64,000 nt of DNA from contig CAVTET010000001.1 in assembly GCA_963733675.1 (NCBI GenBank), positions 160,001 through 224,000 of the forward strand, written 5' to 3'. This DNA comes from an uncultured Methanosarcinaceae archaeon (GTDB lineage: Archaea > Halobacteriota > Methanosarcinia > Methanosarcinales > Methanosarcinaceae). The notes under the pieces were generated by a model. It did no database searches, was not told the origin of the DNA, and was given only the letters and a program-made list of their open reading frames with translations. Numbering within the stretch: position 1 is the stretch's first letter; every line of letters starts with the position of its first letter. Position numbers and translations under genes: made by a program. Shown here piece after piece: positions 1 to 11,693 of the stretch.

Positions 1-587
1 TTCAGGCTAACATTCAGATGATTGGAATTATCCTTGCCAACCGGGGAATTACATTCCTTGGAGAGTTTAGGGGATCACAGCCTATTAACGGAATCATGTA
101 TTATCTTTCCCCAATAAACGGTCCACATAATTGGATTCCATCTCTTGTGAAGGATTCTTTTGCGAGTGTAGGTGCTGCAACCACTCCTGCTATCTGGCAG
201 ATAGTAATTCACGTCTTTACAGATGCATCCTTGCTTATAGTAGGCGGAATTATTTTTGCTCTCTTCTGGATAGAGACTACAGGCATGGGTGCTAAACCTA
301 CAGCTCAGAAGATTTTCGATTCAGGCATGCAGATTCCTGGTTTCAGGCGGAATATTAGTAGCATTGAAAAAGTCATGGAGCGCTATATTCCGAAAGTTAC
401 AGTGATCGGTGGAGCTTTCATAGGGATCCTTACCCTTATTGCAAGTCTTCTTGGTACCCTTGGAAGTGCTGGTGGTACAGGGCTGTTGTTGACTGTGAGT
501 ATCGTGTATCGTCTTTATGAGGATATAGCCTCTGAGCAGATTATGGAAATGCATCCGATGATTCGCTCCTTCTTCGGGGAGGAGTAA
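1..587 (+). CDS. secY: Preprotein translocase subunit SecY, 3' part (gene starts before the window)
   Basis: Hydrophobic segments with SGMQIPGFRR, RYIPKVT and GGTGLLLTVSIVYRLYE, typical of the archaeal SecY/Sec61alpha C-terminus; directly upstream of adk. Confidence 0.95.
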   Translation, partial: QANIQMIGIILANRGITFLGEFRGSQPINGIMYYLSPINGPHNWIPSLVKDSFASVGAATTPAIWQIVIHVFTDASLLIVGGIIFALFWIETTGMGAKPTAQKIFDSGMQIPGFRRNISSIEKVMERYIPKVTVIGGAFIGILTLIASLLGTLGSAGGTGLLLTVSIVYRLYEDIASEQIMEMHPMIRSFFGEE

Positions 588-667
588 GGTTATTTTTGAT
601 TTCAGGAAGTAATCCAATCTAAATATAACTGCAACAATTTACAAAGATATAAGAACGTGATCTTCTA

Positions 668-1318
668 ATGAATATAATACTATTTGGGCCTCCTGGTGCT
701 GGAAAAGGCACCCAGGCCAAAAAACTGGTTGATTTCTATGGAATCCCGCAGATCTCCACAGGGGATATCCTGCGGGTAAATGTCGGGAAAGGCACTGAAT
801 TGGGTTTTGCAGCTAAGGTGTATATGGACAAAGGGGAGCTTGTTCCTGATGAAGTGCTTATAGGGATCATTAAGAACCGCTTGAAAGAACCTGACTGCAA
901 AAGAGGTTTTATCCTTGATGGTTATCCAAGGACGGTCTCTCAAGCAGATGCTCTTGCAGTCATTCTGGATGAAATCGACAAGCCTTTAGATATTGTTCTT
1001 AATCTTGAAGTGCCTAACAAGAAGCTGATCGAAAGAATAAGCGGTAGGCTGATTTGCAGAAACTGTGGAGCAAGTTATCACATAATTTTTAACCAACCGA
1101 AAAAAGAAGGTATATGTGATATATGCGGAGATGAAATTTACCAGAGGTCCGACGACAAAGAAGAGTCAGTCCAAAATCGTTTGAACGTTTATAAAATGCA
1201 GACTCAGTCTCTTATAAATTACTATTTAAAAAAGGGTATCTTGGTAACTCTCGGAGGTAATAAGGATATTGGCGAGGTTTCAGAAGATATCAAGGCAGTT
1301 CTTGCAAAATTTGTCTGA
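668..1318 (+). CDS. adk: Adenylate kinase with Zn-binding lid
   Basis: GPPGAGKGTQ P-loop, ISTGDILR, GFILDGYPR, lid CxxC...CxxC. Confidence 0.97.
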   Translation: MNIILFGPPGAGKGTQAKKLVDFYGIPQISTGDILRVNVGKGTELGFAAKVYMDKGELVPDEVLIGIIKNRLKEPDCKRGFILDGYPRTVSQADALAVILDEIDKPLDIVLNLEVPNKKLIERISGRLICRNCGASYHIIFNQPKKEGICDICGDEIYQRSDDKEESVQNRLNVYKMQTQSLINYYLKKGILVTLGGNKDIGEVSEDIKAVLAKFV

Positions 1319-2228
1319 AATTTTTATTGTTTCTTTACTTTCATATTTTTTTCCATGAATTTTTGAGAACCGCGAACAAAAGATCATTTCCAAATTTTCA
1401 CAAAAATAGGATGTTTATTCTTTTTTCAGATTTGATCAATGCCTCTAGGAAACTATATCTTTTCCTTTGTTGCCTTTTTGCTTCGCCGAATACCCTGTAG
1501 TTTGCTTATAAATTGGAAACTTCCCCAGGAATTGCTATTGACTAAATGATTTATGTTTCAAGCTACCTTTGTACTATAAAATGGAAATACGACATTCAAA
1601 TTATTGTATCTATAAAACTGAAGTGTTAATAAATTTGTTATAAATTCGATCTATTTTTTATAAAAAGGGGTGTGAATCTCAAATCTCCCTTAATCATTTA
1701 GTAGTTAAGTGTAATTTTCATGATAATTTAATCCAAATTCATATTCAGATCTAAAATTAAATCTTCAGCCAAGAATTATGCTCCTGCTAAATTTGACTGG
1801 ATTACAAAAAAAATAATGCTATCGATTTAAAGATCAGAATTCATTTTAATAGTTTAGGAACATGAGGGGATCAACCTATTGCAAAGTACAGGCTTTATGA
1901 AAAGTCCATGATTTATTATTTCCACTGAGTTAGTGGAAGCCTTAGAGCACTGAGAAACTAGCTGTAAAAGGCTTATAATCGGTCTTTGAGGAAAGCATTT
2001 ATTGAATCTTTCTAAATGTGAAAAAATGTAAATCTAGCCTCCTTATTTTTCTAAGATTCTTCATAGTAAATTGCTCATCTCCCTAAGAGCATCTCCGAAA
2101 AGACAATAATGGCACTTATTGAAGTTATAATTAGTCTATGAATTTTCGGTATTACGGTTGTGCATGACAAATTTTAAAAATGACTTGATCATAACTTTTT
2201 CAGATAAACTAATGCAATCTTTTTTGGA

Positions 2229-3083
2229 TTATATCTTTACTCGTTCATTTAAATTTTCATTTACTATTTCCAGTGTATTTTTAATAAAGTCCAGGTCGAT
2301 GTCATCATAATCTTTTTTATAGTTATTTATTAATCCCAAGATTTTTTCAGCTAAATCATAGGGGCTACTATATTCATTCTCTTTGAGATTTATTTCTGGA
2401 TACTCTTCAATTTCATCAAAAATTACTTCATCTTCAATTTTTTTCAGCGCAGTTTTAATATTTGGAATCTCTTTTTTCTCAACCTTTTCAATTATTTCTT
2501 TTTGTAGTTCGGCGGGCTTTTGTGACAATTCAAGTATATCTTTTCTAGTACCTTTAATTTCTCTACCAAGAATTTTGTAAGGATTTATATTCGCATTATT
2601 CGCAACTTCATCTATGGCATTAGCAAATTTCTCCGCTTTTCGTACAGCATTAGGACTTACTTGGTATTTCTTTGCTATTTTTTGTTCAACTATACTATCA
2701 AGAGGTCTCATGGTGATCAAAGAAACTAGATCTTCTTTTATTTTTGGTCTACATTCTTCTTTTTTTTCTTCCTTATACCTCTTTCCAATCAAATAGTTTC
2801 TCTGTTCATTTGTCATACTTCTTCGATTCAGTTGATTATTAATAATCCAATTTATCACTTCGACACGATTGTCAAACTCTTTTTCAGATACAGAATAATC
2901 AATATTGAGCTCTTTGCAAATTAAATATCTATTATGACCGTCAATAATAATATTATTCCAAATAACAATGGGATATAAATCATCATACCCATATTTCGTA
3001 ATACTCTCGATTAAGCCCTGAAATTCTTCTGGTTTCATCGGTGGTATTAAATTTTTAAATTCGGGATCAATTATTAGTTCCAT
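2229..3083 (-). CDS. ParB/Srx N-terminal domain protein, mobile-element type
   Basis: IDPEFKNLIPP...EEFQGLIESI...PIVIW...IIDGHNRYLIC, then NQLNRR and a helix-turn-helix-like segment; very AT-rich. Confidence 0.75.
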   Translation of the reverse strand: MELIIDPEFKNLIPPMKPEEFQGLIESITKYGYDDLYPIVIWNNIIIDGHNRYLICKELNIDYSVSEKEFDNRVEVINWIINNQLNRRSMTNEQRNYLIGKRYKEEKKEECRPKIKEDLVSLITMRPLDSIVEQKIAKKYQVSPNAVRKAEKFANAIDEVANNANINPYKILGREIKGTRKDILELSQKPAELQKEIIEKVEKKEIPNIKTALKKIEDEVIFDEIEEYPEINLKENEYSSPYDLAEKILGLINNYKKDYDDIDLDFIKNTLEIVNENLNERVKI

Positions 3084-3845
3084 TCTATTATTCTCCTTTA
3101 TTCAGCATCTTTGAACCCATCGATTAAATTAGATTTTTGGTATTTTCTCTATCCCTGTCTATTTCCTTTCATAAAGGATTATATATAATAATTGTTTTTT
3201 AACTTCATGATAAATTTTCAAGTACAAAAGTAAGATCATGAAGCCCTATCCGAAAATGTTGTGACTCTATGTAGCTTTCACTTTTGGGAATACACTCAAT
3301 TTTAAAGGATACTAGTATTGTAGACCTGTGTAACTTTTGCAATAGCCACGATTGATTTTTTGGATAGGCTCTAAGTTCTGAAGAACCAAGTAAAAAGTAT
3401 AATAAGCTATTAAACAATGTTTATTACTCGGATATGTATGGGTGAAATATATTTCGTATTTGCAAATATAGGTAGTGTTAATTCTAAAAATTTTAATGAA
3501 GATTTCGTAGAGTCACCATCAATAATTATTTGGTATTCACCATAGCAGTTGAATGAAGTGCTTTAATGAGCTGAAAATTATTCCTAAAAGATGAAAATTA
3601 TAGTCTCACTTAATCAAGAAAAGCCGACGTGAACTTTTTCGTTTTTTGAATCGATTTCATTCAGGATTTCCGATCTAACCTCTCTAATATTTTGAACGTT
3701 TGCCATTCCACCCCCCTTTTTTGAAATGAATCCTCGAGTAGTTTTTTGCCCTGAAATTTATTAAAATATACAAATAAAAAAATGAATACATATTTTGATG
3801 CTTAAATATATAACTTTATAATGCAATCATTTGTAGTTGATTACT

Positions 3846-4247
3846 ATAGTAAAATTGAGTTAAGATATGAAAACTGTCTTTTCAAAGGTAAATATCTTTC
3901 CTGTGGCTGCTGCTTCAAAGGATGAAATTTCGAATGTAGTACCTATTGGGTTCTGCCAGATTGTGGATAATGAATCAATTTGGCTTGAAGACAATTTCAT
4001 GGTTAAATCCCTGAAAAACCTTGGGAAAAATTAAAATTTGCAGTCCATTTATGGGGGACTGAGACCGGCTGCTGTCTCTAGATAAAGGGCAAAGTAGGAC
4101 TTGTCAGTTCAGGAGAAAAGTTCGATAAAATGAAGGCAGGTGTGCAGTAGCAAAGCCTGACTTCCTGTAAAATACCCTTGTAGAGGTTAAAATTAGCGAG
4201 GGCTTCCATTGTGCTACCGTCCCGGGCGCAGGAAGAAATCGCTATGA
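3846..4247 (+). pseudogene. Pyridoxamine 5'-phosphate oxidase-like FMN-binding protein, degraded
   Basis: Manual translation: VKLS*DMKTVFSKVNIFPVAAASKDEISNVVPIGFCQIVDNESIWLEDNFMVKSLKNLGKN*, continuing with further stops/frameshifts to PGAGR. Confidence 0.7.
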
Positions 4248-4332
4248 TTGAAGCTAAGATTATAGCTATATCAAGAGTACTTTATCCAGAAAGGTAGCTA
4301 GGGAGCATCCAAATCAAAATAATCTATGGAGC

Positions 4333-4560
4333 ATGAGTGTGATAATGACTGAAACGAAGGCTAATCCCCCTACTTTTTGTGAAAAGTTTTGTATAGTTTG
4401 CAAGGGTGCTAGGGCAGGGAATACAATTTGCAAGTATATCCAGGATATTGAACTGAAAATTTTCGGGAAAAATGGTTGCATTTGGGGAGCTGCAAGGACA
4501 AGATATTACGGAGTTACTCCTGATCAAAAACTACCTAGAATCCAAAAACGAAAAAAATAA
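4333..4560 (+). CDS. Small Cys-containing hypothetical protein
   Basis: 75-aa ORF with GGAG directly upstream, five Cys (CEKFCIVC...C...C); no family recognised. Confidence 0.45.
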   Translation: MSVIMTETKANPPTFCEKFCIVCKGARAGNTICKYIQDIELKIFGKNGCIWGAARTRYYGVTPDQKLPRIQKRKK

Positions 4561-5220
4561 CTAATTCAAATTGCGTGTGGCTATCCAAATCTAAACATAT
4601 TGTCAGACGAACGATGACTCAATAAAAGCATGTGACAAAGTAATTTGAATTAATTCACAACTACTGAAGCTTGGCACAATAAAAGTAGTTTATCAAATGA
4701 AATAAATCTGGTAATAGATGCTTCGTACAATTTCGATTAAATAAATCCGATTTGTAGGTATACGGTATATATTTTTTATGCTCAAAGAATTTTAAAAAAG
4801 AAGTATCTTTCTGATTTGATTATCCTTATTTTATATTTTCAGGTAGTCACTAGTACTGAGAGAACTGACAAGTTAAGTTCGAATAACTTCACCCCTGATT
4901 CATGGTCAGGCTTGAGTAAAATTGCAGAATCAATGACTTTGATTGTACTCTCTGCCACCGTATGCATGCATAGATTTTCTATAATATATATGCATTAATG
5001 AGAAATAATAAAAAAATCATTATTAATATCTAATTGTTTTTATGACCGTGAAATATTTTATATGGCATTATTTTTCGTTTAGAAACTATTTTTCGTAGCA
5101 TTAATTTGAAATAACGAGGATGATAAATAATCATCTCTAGGTATGTACATCAGTATATAATGAAAGAATAAAATTTAAAGTATCATAATCTTATAAAAAT
5201 AAATTGGAAGTGCATATTTT

Positions 5221-5649
5221 ATGGGAAAACAAATATTTAATAGAATAAAAAAGGTATTGGTTATTTTGTTGGCAGTACTTTTTGTAGTATCCTTGACAGA
5301 AGTGGCAGTTGTTGCTGCTCCACACGATGGTCATGGCGGACATGGTGGACATGGACACGGGCATGGACATCACCACGGCCACTATCACCATGGGCACTGG
5401 GTGGATGATTATTATGGTGGTTATGGTGGTTCTTATATAGAACCAGTCGCAGTAGAACCAATTTCGGTGGAACCTATTGCAGTAGAACCAGTTGTAGCAG
5501 AGGGATACGGATACGATGGAGATGGATACTGGGATAGCTATCATCATTGGCACCGCCACGGTGGACACCACGATGGTCATGGCGGACACGGCGATCATGG
5601 CGGACACGGCGATCATGGCGGACACGGTGATCATGGCGGGCACCACTAA
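5221..5649 (+). CDS. Secreted His/Gly-rich repeat protein
   Basis: Basic then hydrophobic signal peptide (KKVLVILLAVLFVVSLTEVAVVA), GGHGDH repeats, four VEPx(A/S)-type repeats; GC-rich island within AT-rich DNA. Confidence 0.8.
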   Translation: MGKQIFNRIKKVLVILLAVLFVVSLTEVAVVAAPHDGHGGHGGHGHGHGHHHGHYHHGHWVDDYYGGYGGSYIEPVAVEPISVEPIAVEPVVAEGYGYDGDGYWDSYHHWHRHGGHHDGHGGHGDHGGHGDHGGHGDHGGHH

Positions 5650-6239
5650 TCCATAAGACTATATGGTGACGCTCATGCGTCACAATAAATTAAATTTTTT
5701 TATTTAATTGGATTTTTCCCGATGCTAATTTCTTTTTAGGACTGCTATCATTGACTGATTTAATAAGAATAGTCACTGAGTCTGGAGCTAGTGAGTATGA
5801 AATGAAATAAGCATCATAGCCATTTTTTCAAGCATAATGAATAAACTTCTAATAAAATGCTTGAATTGATGGATATATTTTATTACCGTTTAAGCTTAGG
5901 TCCTTATGAAATAAGAATCGAATTCACTTCTAAATCAAAACTGTACAATAGAAGAAACATGAGTAGTGCATCTTTTTCTCCGATTCTTTAAGTATGCTTT
6001 TTTACCATCTGCATTTTAGAATAGAGAGTCTTAGCAAAAAATAGTGTTAAAGTATTTTAAACAAAAGTGAAAATATGACTAAACGGGATCAGAACCTCAA
6101 TTTTTCAATATTGTAAAAAGATTTGAGAAATAACCAGAGAAAGCATTTTTGATAATCTTTTCTATACATATTTTTTTTGTGATAAAATCTATGTATAATC
6201 GAAAATAATAGATATATAAGCTTTGTCAATAAAATTATT

Positions 6240-6662
6240 TGCTTTGCATCCAGCTTTTTGCAGTGAAAGAAAAGGATAAAGAACCAGTTATAGTTTACAG
6301 AACTTTTGGTACAATACCAAAAAACTTAATTGAAAAGGGCAATAACCACCTTCCAAGTATGTTTGGCTACATAATGAAGGACTTCTTCTCCGCAAAAAAA
6401 CCGCATGCTGAAACAAATTGGAACAAAGATTTAAGAAAATGGGCATTGTCAGCAGGTTTTCATCCTGTGGATTCTCTGCAAAGGTCACAAGGAAAACTAT
6501 AGAGAGTTGATGCATTAAGGCGGGTATGCTTAAATTTACTATATATCTAAAGCAAGGGCATGACAGTTTAACTATTATGAAACACTATCAACGACTTGTC
6601 TTAATGATAACGAGATTAGTGACATCAAGAAGCAATTAACGGCATTGATATGATAAAATGAT
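6240..6662 (+). pseudogene. Tyrosine recombinase/integrase C-terminal remnant
   Basis: After the ORF segment WNKDLRKWALSAG, another frame reads SAKVTRKTIES*CIKAG...IYLKQGHDSLTIMKHYQ (R...H...Y catalytic pattern) with stops and frameshifts. Confidence 0.65.
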
Positions 6663-7875
6663 AAATGTGGACATGTCATAAAACGAAAGTGATGTACGAT
6701 ATGTTTATCTGTTCATATTATGAAATCTAAAAAAACGGAAACTATTTCTGTGAAAGATGTAATTTTGTTTTTACAACTCCGTCACTGCGAGGGTATCAAA
6801 TCATGAACTTTGTACCCTGCCGTTTGAAAGTAATAATGAAAAAGCAGGAAGATAAGGTCGAAAAGGAGGAAATCAAGATTAAAACTTAACTTAATGTTCT
6901 TATTGTGACGCAAATTAGAACCCATTGGTGAGATTTTCTTTGTTCTTGCCTACAAAATTTAGGACTTCCTTTTATCCTAGTCTATAGGAAAGGCTGTAAC
7001 AAAATATGTAAGGTTTGTCACTAAATTTTAGTGAGAATCTGAAAACGTTAGAAAAGTAAAAGTTATAAGAAGAACAAAAGTAATGAATGTTTTATTTAAA
7101 TAGCCTTAGCAAAATTAGCAGAATAGTCTGTTTTTATGATCGATTTAACCTTTTTTTCTGCATTAATGTCATCTACTTCAGGTGAGACTTTAAAATCTAG
7201 TTTTCCCATAATATATGACTCCTTATACTTTTTTATATTTAATACATGTTTGTTCGTAGTAATTGATTGTACAATATAGATTGATTGCAGCCCATAAGTA
7301 CTAGTGTTTTTTTTAATTTTTTTATAGAATCTGAATCTCAGAATTAAAAATAAGGTCACAAATATATGGAAGTTTTAATTGTGTCTATGAGCCTGTCTTA
7401 AAATTAGACCCATTTATATAATTGGATATGACAGTGTACCGAAAGTGCTGGTCGGTAAATTTTGAATGACTCTGTACTCTTTCTGTCTTCACCACAAAAA
7501 AACAGGATTTATCGTTTTTTTCTTATGCATAGTTTTTAAAGTAAAAAATATGCATGAAAAAAGATCGAAAGGTTTCCGGCTTTACTGGCTTCCTGGCGTG
7601 GTTTTTTAATTTGTTATAATTTATCTGGGTATTTTCTATCGAATTTCTTTCCCTCTCAGCTGCAATCTCAATAACTATGAAAAGCTCGGAGGATGCTATG
7701 ATATATACCCACAGAATATTATCAAAATAAAAGATGCAGAGCTGGGATCAAATGGATGCGAGAAGTGTCTGAAAATAATGCTCATGATCCACTTTTAAAT
7801 CTAATTTCATGTAAAATAAGGTATTCCTTCTAGATTCTTCGTAATAGCTAAGTCTATTGATAAAACGTTGCTCTC

Positions 7876-8615
7876 TCACTGATTATCGGAATCTGGTTTT
7901 TTAAAAAGAGCAGGATACATCTCTTTTAATGGTATGAGGAGCTCTTCATCTAATTTTGTATCATAAAGTGTTTTCAATTTAGAAAGCTGATCAATTGTTA
8001 AATGGTGAGTTCCCTTAAGGTTCGCTCCTTGAAGGTTAGCCTGTTTAAAGTTAACTTCTTGAAGGTTAGCCCCTTGAAGGTGAATCTCTATAAGGTAAGC
8101 TCCTTCAAGTTTAGCCCTTCCAAGTTTAGTTCCTTGAAGGTTAGCCCCTTGAAAATTAGTCTCTTGAAGATCAGCTCCATAAAAATCAACATCTTGAAGA
8201 TTAGACTCTTGCAAATTAGCTCCATAAAGATCAGCACCTTGAAGGTTAGCCCCTGAAAGTTAGCCAAATGAAGTTTAGCCGATTTTAAGTTAGCCTTTTC
8301 AAGGTTAGCTCCTTGAAGATTAGCCTCTTGAAGGTTAGCTCCTTGAAGGTTAGCTCCTTTAAAGTTTGCTCCTTTAAGGATAGCTTCTTGAAGGTTAACT
8401 CCTCGAAGATTAGCCTCAGTGAGATTAGCATAAAAAAGATTAGCTCCTCGAAGATTAGCTTCTTGAAGGTTCGCTCCTTGAAGGTTAGCTCCCGCAAAGT
8501 CAGCCTGTTCAAAATTAGCTCCTTGGAAGTTAGTCCCTATAAGATGAGCACTTCGGAGGTCTTTTTTCTCTGGAATATTCATGCACGTTAATTGGTTCGA
8601 AACTAAAATAAACAT
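7876..8615 (-). pseudogene. Pentapeptide-repeat protein split by a frameshift near 8250
   Basis: A(N/D)L(Q/R)(G/E) repeats in two overlapping ORFs (8088-8615 and 7876-8214); 15-nt DNA periodicity; one repeat unit reads cagggg-cta instead of caaggg-gct. Confidence 0.85.
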
Positions 8616-9159
8616 TACTGAGTTCGGGAGATATCTTCTATTCTTCAGGATTTATTTTTTAACAGATTATATACTATATATTTTGGGTTTATCTGGCCTA
8701 AATAAATCACGGCTACGTTTTAATGCAAAATAATTAACTCACCCATTTTCTGAAGATCTCTTTTTGGTTTTTTGATCCATGCAAAAAACACCATTAATAT
8801 CATGCTATTATTCAAGGTTAAAACATTTTATGTGAACACAATTTTTATTCTGAAATTATTTTTCACATAATTAATTAAAAATAACTAAGAGATTATCTAA
8901 TATCTCAACGAAAACGACCGGTTAAAAAACTGGAAAATAATAAGTAGACATGTGAACAAAAATTGCATGGAAGGCATTGATCCTGTTATAATTCAAATAA
9001 TAATCTATCAACAACAAATAAAGAAAAACAATTTCAAATTTGTATTGAAATTAATTTATTAAAGAAATCTCTTAAATGAGAACATAATTTTTCAGGTTTG
9101 AAGTGGTGAAATTACCATCAAAATTAAATCAATGTGAATCGATATGATATGGTTTAATT

Positions 9160-10278
9160 ATGGATGAAAAGGTTGAAATTTTGCTTTTTGAGGATAATCC
9201 TGGGGATGCAAGTCTGATTGAAGAGCTGCTTGATGGATTAGCCGACTTCCCATATGTACTCAAAAATGTTGAAACCCTTAACGAAGGTTTGAGTCTTCTT
9301 AAAGAACGTCCATTTGATGTAATATTGTCAGATCTAGGCTTGCCGGATAGCGATGGAATAGACACTTTTTTTGATATTTATACAAGGAATTCACGAATCC
9401 CGATAATAATATTTACAGGGTCAAATGATGACAAAATTGGGATTAATGCTGTGAAAAAAGGTGCTCAGGACTATTTAGTCAAAGGGCAAGTAGATGGTAG
9501 GTTATTGAAACGTTCTATCCAATATTCTATTGAGCGCAAAAAAATAGATGAAGTACTAGCAAATATTGAAATTATTCGTAAAAAGGAAATTCATCACAGG
9601 ATTAAGAATAACTTACAGGTAATATCCTCACTTCTTGCTCTTCAAGCTGATAAATTCAAAAGCAAGATGGAAGTGATGAGTTCAGAAGTCTTAGATGCTT
9701 TTAGGGAAAGTCAGGATAGAATAACATGTATGGCTATTATTCATGAAGAATTATACAAAGGTGAAAAACTCGAAGATCTAGATTTTGCATTATACCTTGA
9801 GAAGCTCACTCAAAATTTATTTAAGATTTATAGGTTTATGAATACCAATATAAGCTTAAGCATAGATATCGAAAATAACCTTTTCTTTGATATGGATACT
9901 GCAATTCTATTAGGAATGATTATTAATGAACTTATTTCGAATTCCCTTAAACATGCATTTTCAGAAAGGGCTAACGGAAAAATTTATATCAAACTACGTA
10001 GGGCAGAGGACGGAGAATTCAGAAATAGCAGAGAAGAAAGCAAATATAAAGGCTTTAAGAGTACTAGTTTCACTTTGACAGTTTCAGATGATGGAGTCGG
10101 TGTACCTGAAAACCTTGTGATTGAAGATATTGAAAGTCTAGGTCTCCAGCTGGTAAATTCCCTTGTAGACCAATTAGATGGGGAATTTGAACTTGAAAGG
10201 AACCATGGAACTGAATTTACTCTAAAGTTTACAGTAGCCGAAAAAAGTCAGTACCGACTAATTGGGGCTTGCAGTTAA
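9160..10278 (+). CDS. Hybrid response regulator / HisKA_2 sensor histidine kinase
   Basis: REC domain (EDNPGD, DLGLPD, GAQDYLVK), H-box EIHHRIKNNLQ, HATPase NELISNSLKHAF, DDGVG, SLGLQLV. Confidence 0.92.
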   Translation: MDEKVEILLFEDNPGDASLIEELLDGLADFPYVLKNVETLNEGLSLLKERPFDVILSDLGLPDSDGIDTFFDIYTRNSRIPIIIFTGSNDDKIGINAVKKGAQDYLVKGQVDGRLLKRSIQYSIERKKIDEVLANIEIIRKKEIHHRIKNNLQVISSLLALQADKFKSKMEVMSSEVLDAFRESQDRITCMAIIHEELYKGEKLEDLDFALYLEKLTQNLFKIYRFMNTNISLSIDIENNLFFDMDTAILLGMIINELISNSLKHAFSERANGKIYIKLRRAEDGEFRNSREESKYKGFKSTSFTLTVSDDGVGVPENLVIEDIESLGLQLVNSLVDQLDGEFELERNHGTEFTLKFTVAEKSQYRLIGACS

Positions 10279-10717
10279 ACTGAACAATTAACTGTATTTG
10301 TCTGTAAATGTTTAATAATATCGGTTGTCCACAACGCCTTTTATATTTATTTTAATTCATCAAGTGCGTAAGATCCAATCAATAAATTTGTGATCAATCT
10401 TGAGAATCCTTTTAACACAACTTATCTATATTACTGTAAGAGGTATGTTACTACTTGGAAATGCATATCATGGAAATTGGATATAGAGGGTGTTTCGATA
10501 TCTGTATCATGGGACACTAAAATTGTTACCTTTCTCTAATGATAGCATATATGTCTAATCCTCATGAACGCGACACTAAGAGTTATGATAGCCTCATGAA
10601 AGCCTTTGATGAATATGGACACTCTCAGATCAGGAGCTTACGGGAAAAAATTTAAAAAGTTTATGCTATGATAGTTTAAAGGTATCTATAATAAGCAGAT
10701 CTTCATATGTGAAGAAT

Positions 10718-11110
10718 TCATATATATCCTGTAATACTCTGCCCAACTGGAGTGCTTTTTCTGATACAATCCTCTCCATAATTGATTATGTTCTCAATCG
10801 CAGTTTTCAAAATGGAAGGATATATTTCACCGACCTGTTCCCATATAGATTTTCCATGACAGAAAGACTTAAACGTTGGTGTACTATGAACACTATACCT
10901 TTCTGAAGTCCAAGTATTTATTACAATATTTATGCGGGCAAAAACTGCCAAGTTCTTGAATTCATGTGCATAGTTCTCAAAATGAGATTCCATGGCCTCA
11001 CAAAAAGGACATTCTGGGCTGTAAAACATTACAATAACTGGCTTTGAAGACTGTTCCACTATCTGTTCCCAGATCGTATCATCAATTTCAATCACATTGG
11101 ATTCGTTCAA
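10718..11110 (-). CDS. Thioredoxin family protein
   Basis: VIVMFYSPECPFC CxxC motif and cis-Pro TPTF motif. Confidence 0.88.
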   Translation of the reverse strand: MNESNVIEIDDTIWEQIVEQSSKPVIVMFYSPECPFCEAMESHFENYAHEFKNLAVFARINIVINTWTSERYSVHSTPTFKSFCHGKSIWEQVGEIYPSILKTAIENIINYGEDCIRKSTPVGQSITGYI

Positions 11111-11304
11111 TCGTTTACCCCCATGTATTAAATGAATGGATAAAATATTATGATTGACAAATAAGTATCTATTGCTTGAGTTGTTATCTTTAATTGAAAA
11201 CTGGCCATAAAAATTTATTTCTTAGTTTAGCTGAGTAATCCAAGATTGATCCCCAGATTCTCTAATGAACATTTAAGATATGTCTAGACTAATTATAGAA
11301 TACA

Positions 11305-11393
11305 GAGAATGTCGGTAAACATCTGATTTTTAAGAATCATTTATCTGCTGTTTATAGGCATATGATAAAAGTTAGGGATTTCTCGAAATCCTC
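11305..11393. mobile_element. About 89-bp MITE-like element, IS5-type ends, degenerate copy
   Basis: Left GAGAATGTCGGTAAAC and right GGGATTTCTCGAAATCCTC are imperfect inverted repeats of the family seen at 12847 and 19551. Confidence 0.55.
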
Positions 11394-11693
11394 TCTAGTC
11401 AACTCATTAATGAATTATATTTTTAAAAATAAATTATAGTTGTAAACATAATTTTTGACGCTTAAATCACTAGAAAATTCTATAATTACGAGAAAAAATC
11501 CATTTGATGCTTTATTTTATACACAAAATGGTTTACATGCTTCAGTTCCATTTACATTACATAAGTAGCTAAAAACATAAATCAGTTAGTTAATAATGGT
11601 TCTCATGGAAATTTTCATCCCCGCAGCAATCTGCCGGGTATTGAATAAATGAACTTCCTATTGCATCGAAAAGTACCTATCATTTCTCGAAGA

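Noticed and set aside
5191-5683. Antisense ORFs over the His/Gly-rich gene
   Set aside because: Shadows of a stop-poor repetitive GC-rich ORF; only the + strand has a signal peptide
7700-7780. IKDAELGSNGCEKCLKI, resembling a UBP-type zinc-finger N-terminus
   Set aside because: Only about 20 aa of weak similarity; cannot be supported without a search
7980-8560. Possible CRISPR-like array of short repeats
   Set aside because: 15-nt periodicity is the coding pattern of a pentapeptide-repeat protein; no spacers. The overlapping alternative-frame ORFs are shadows
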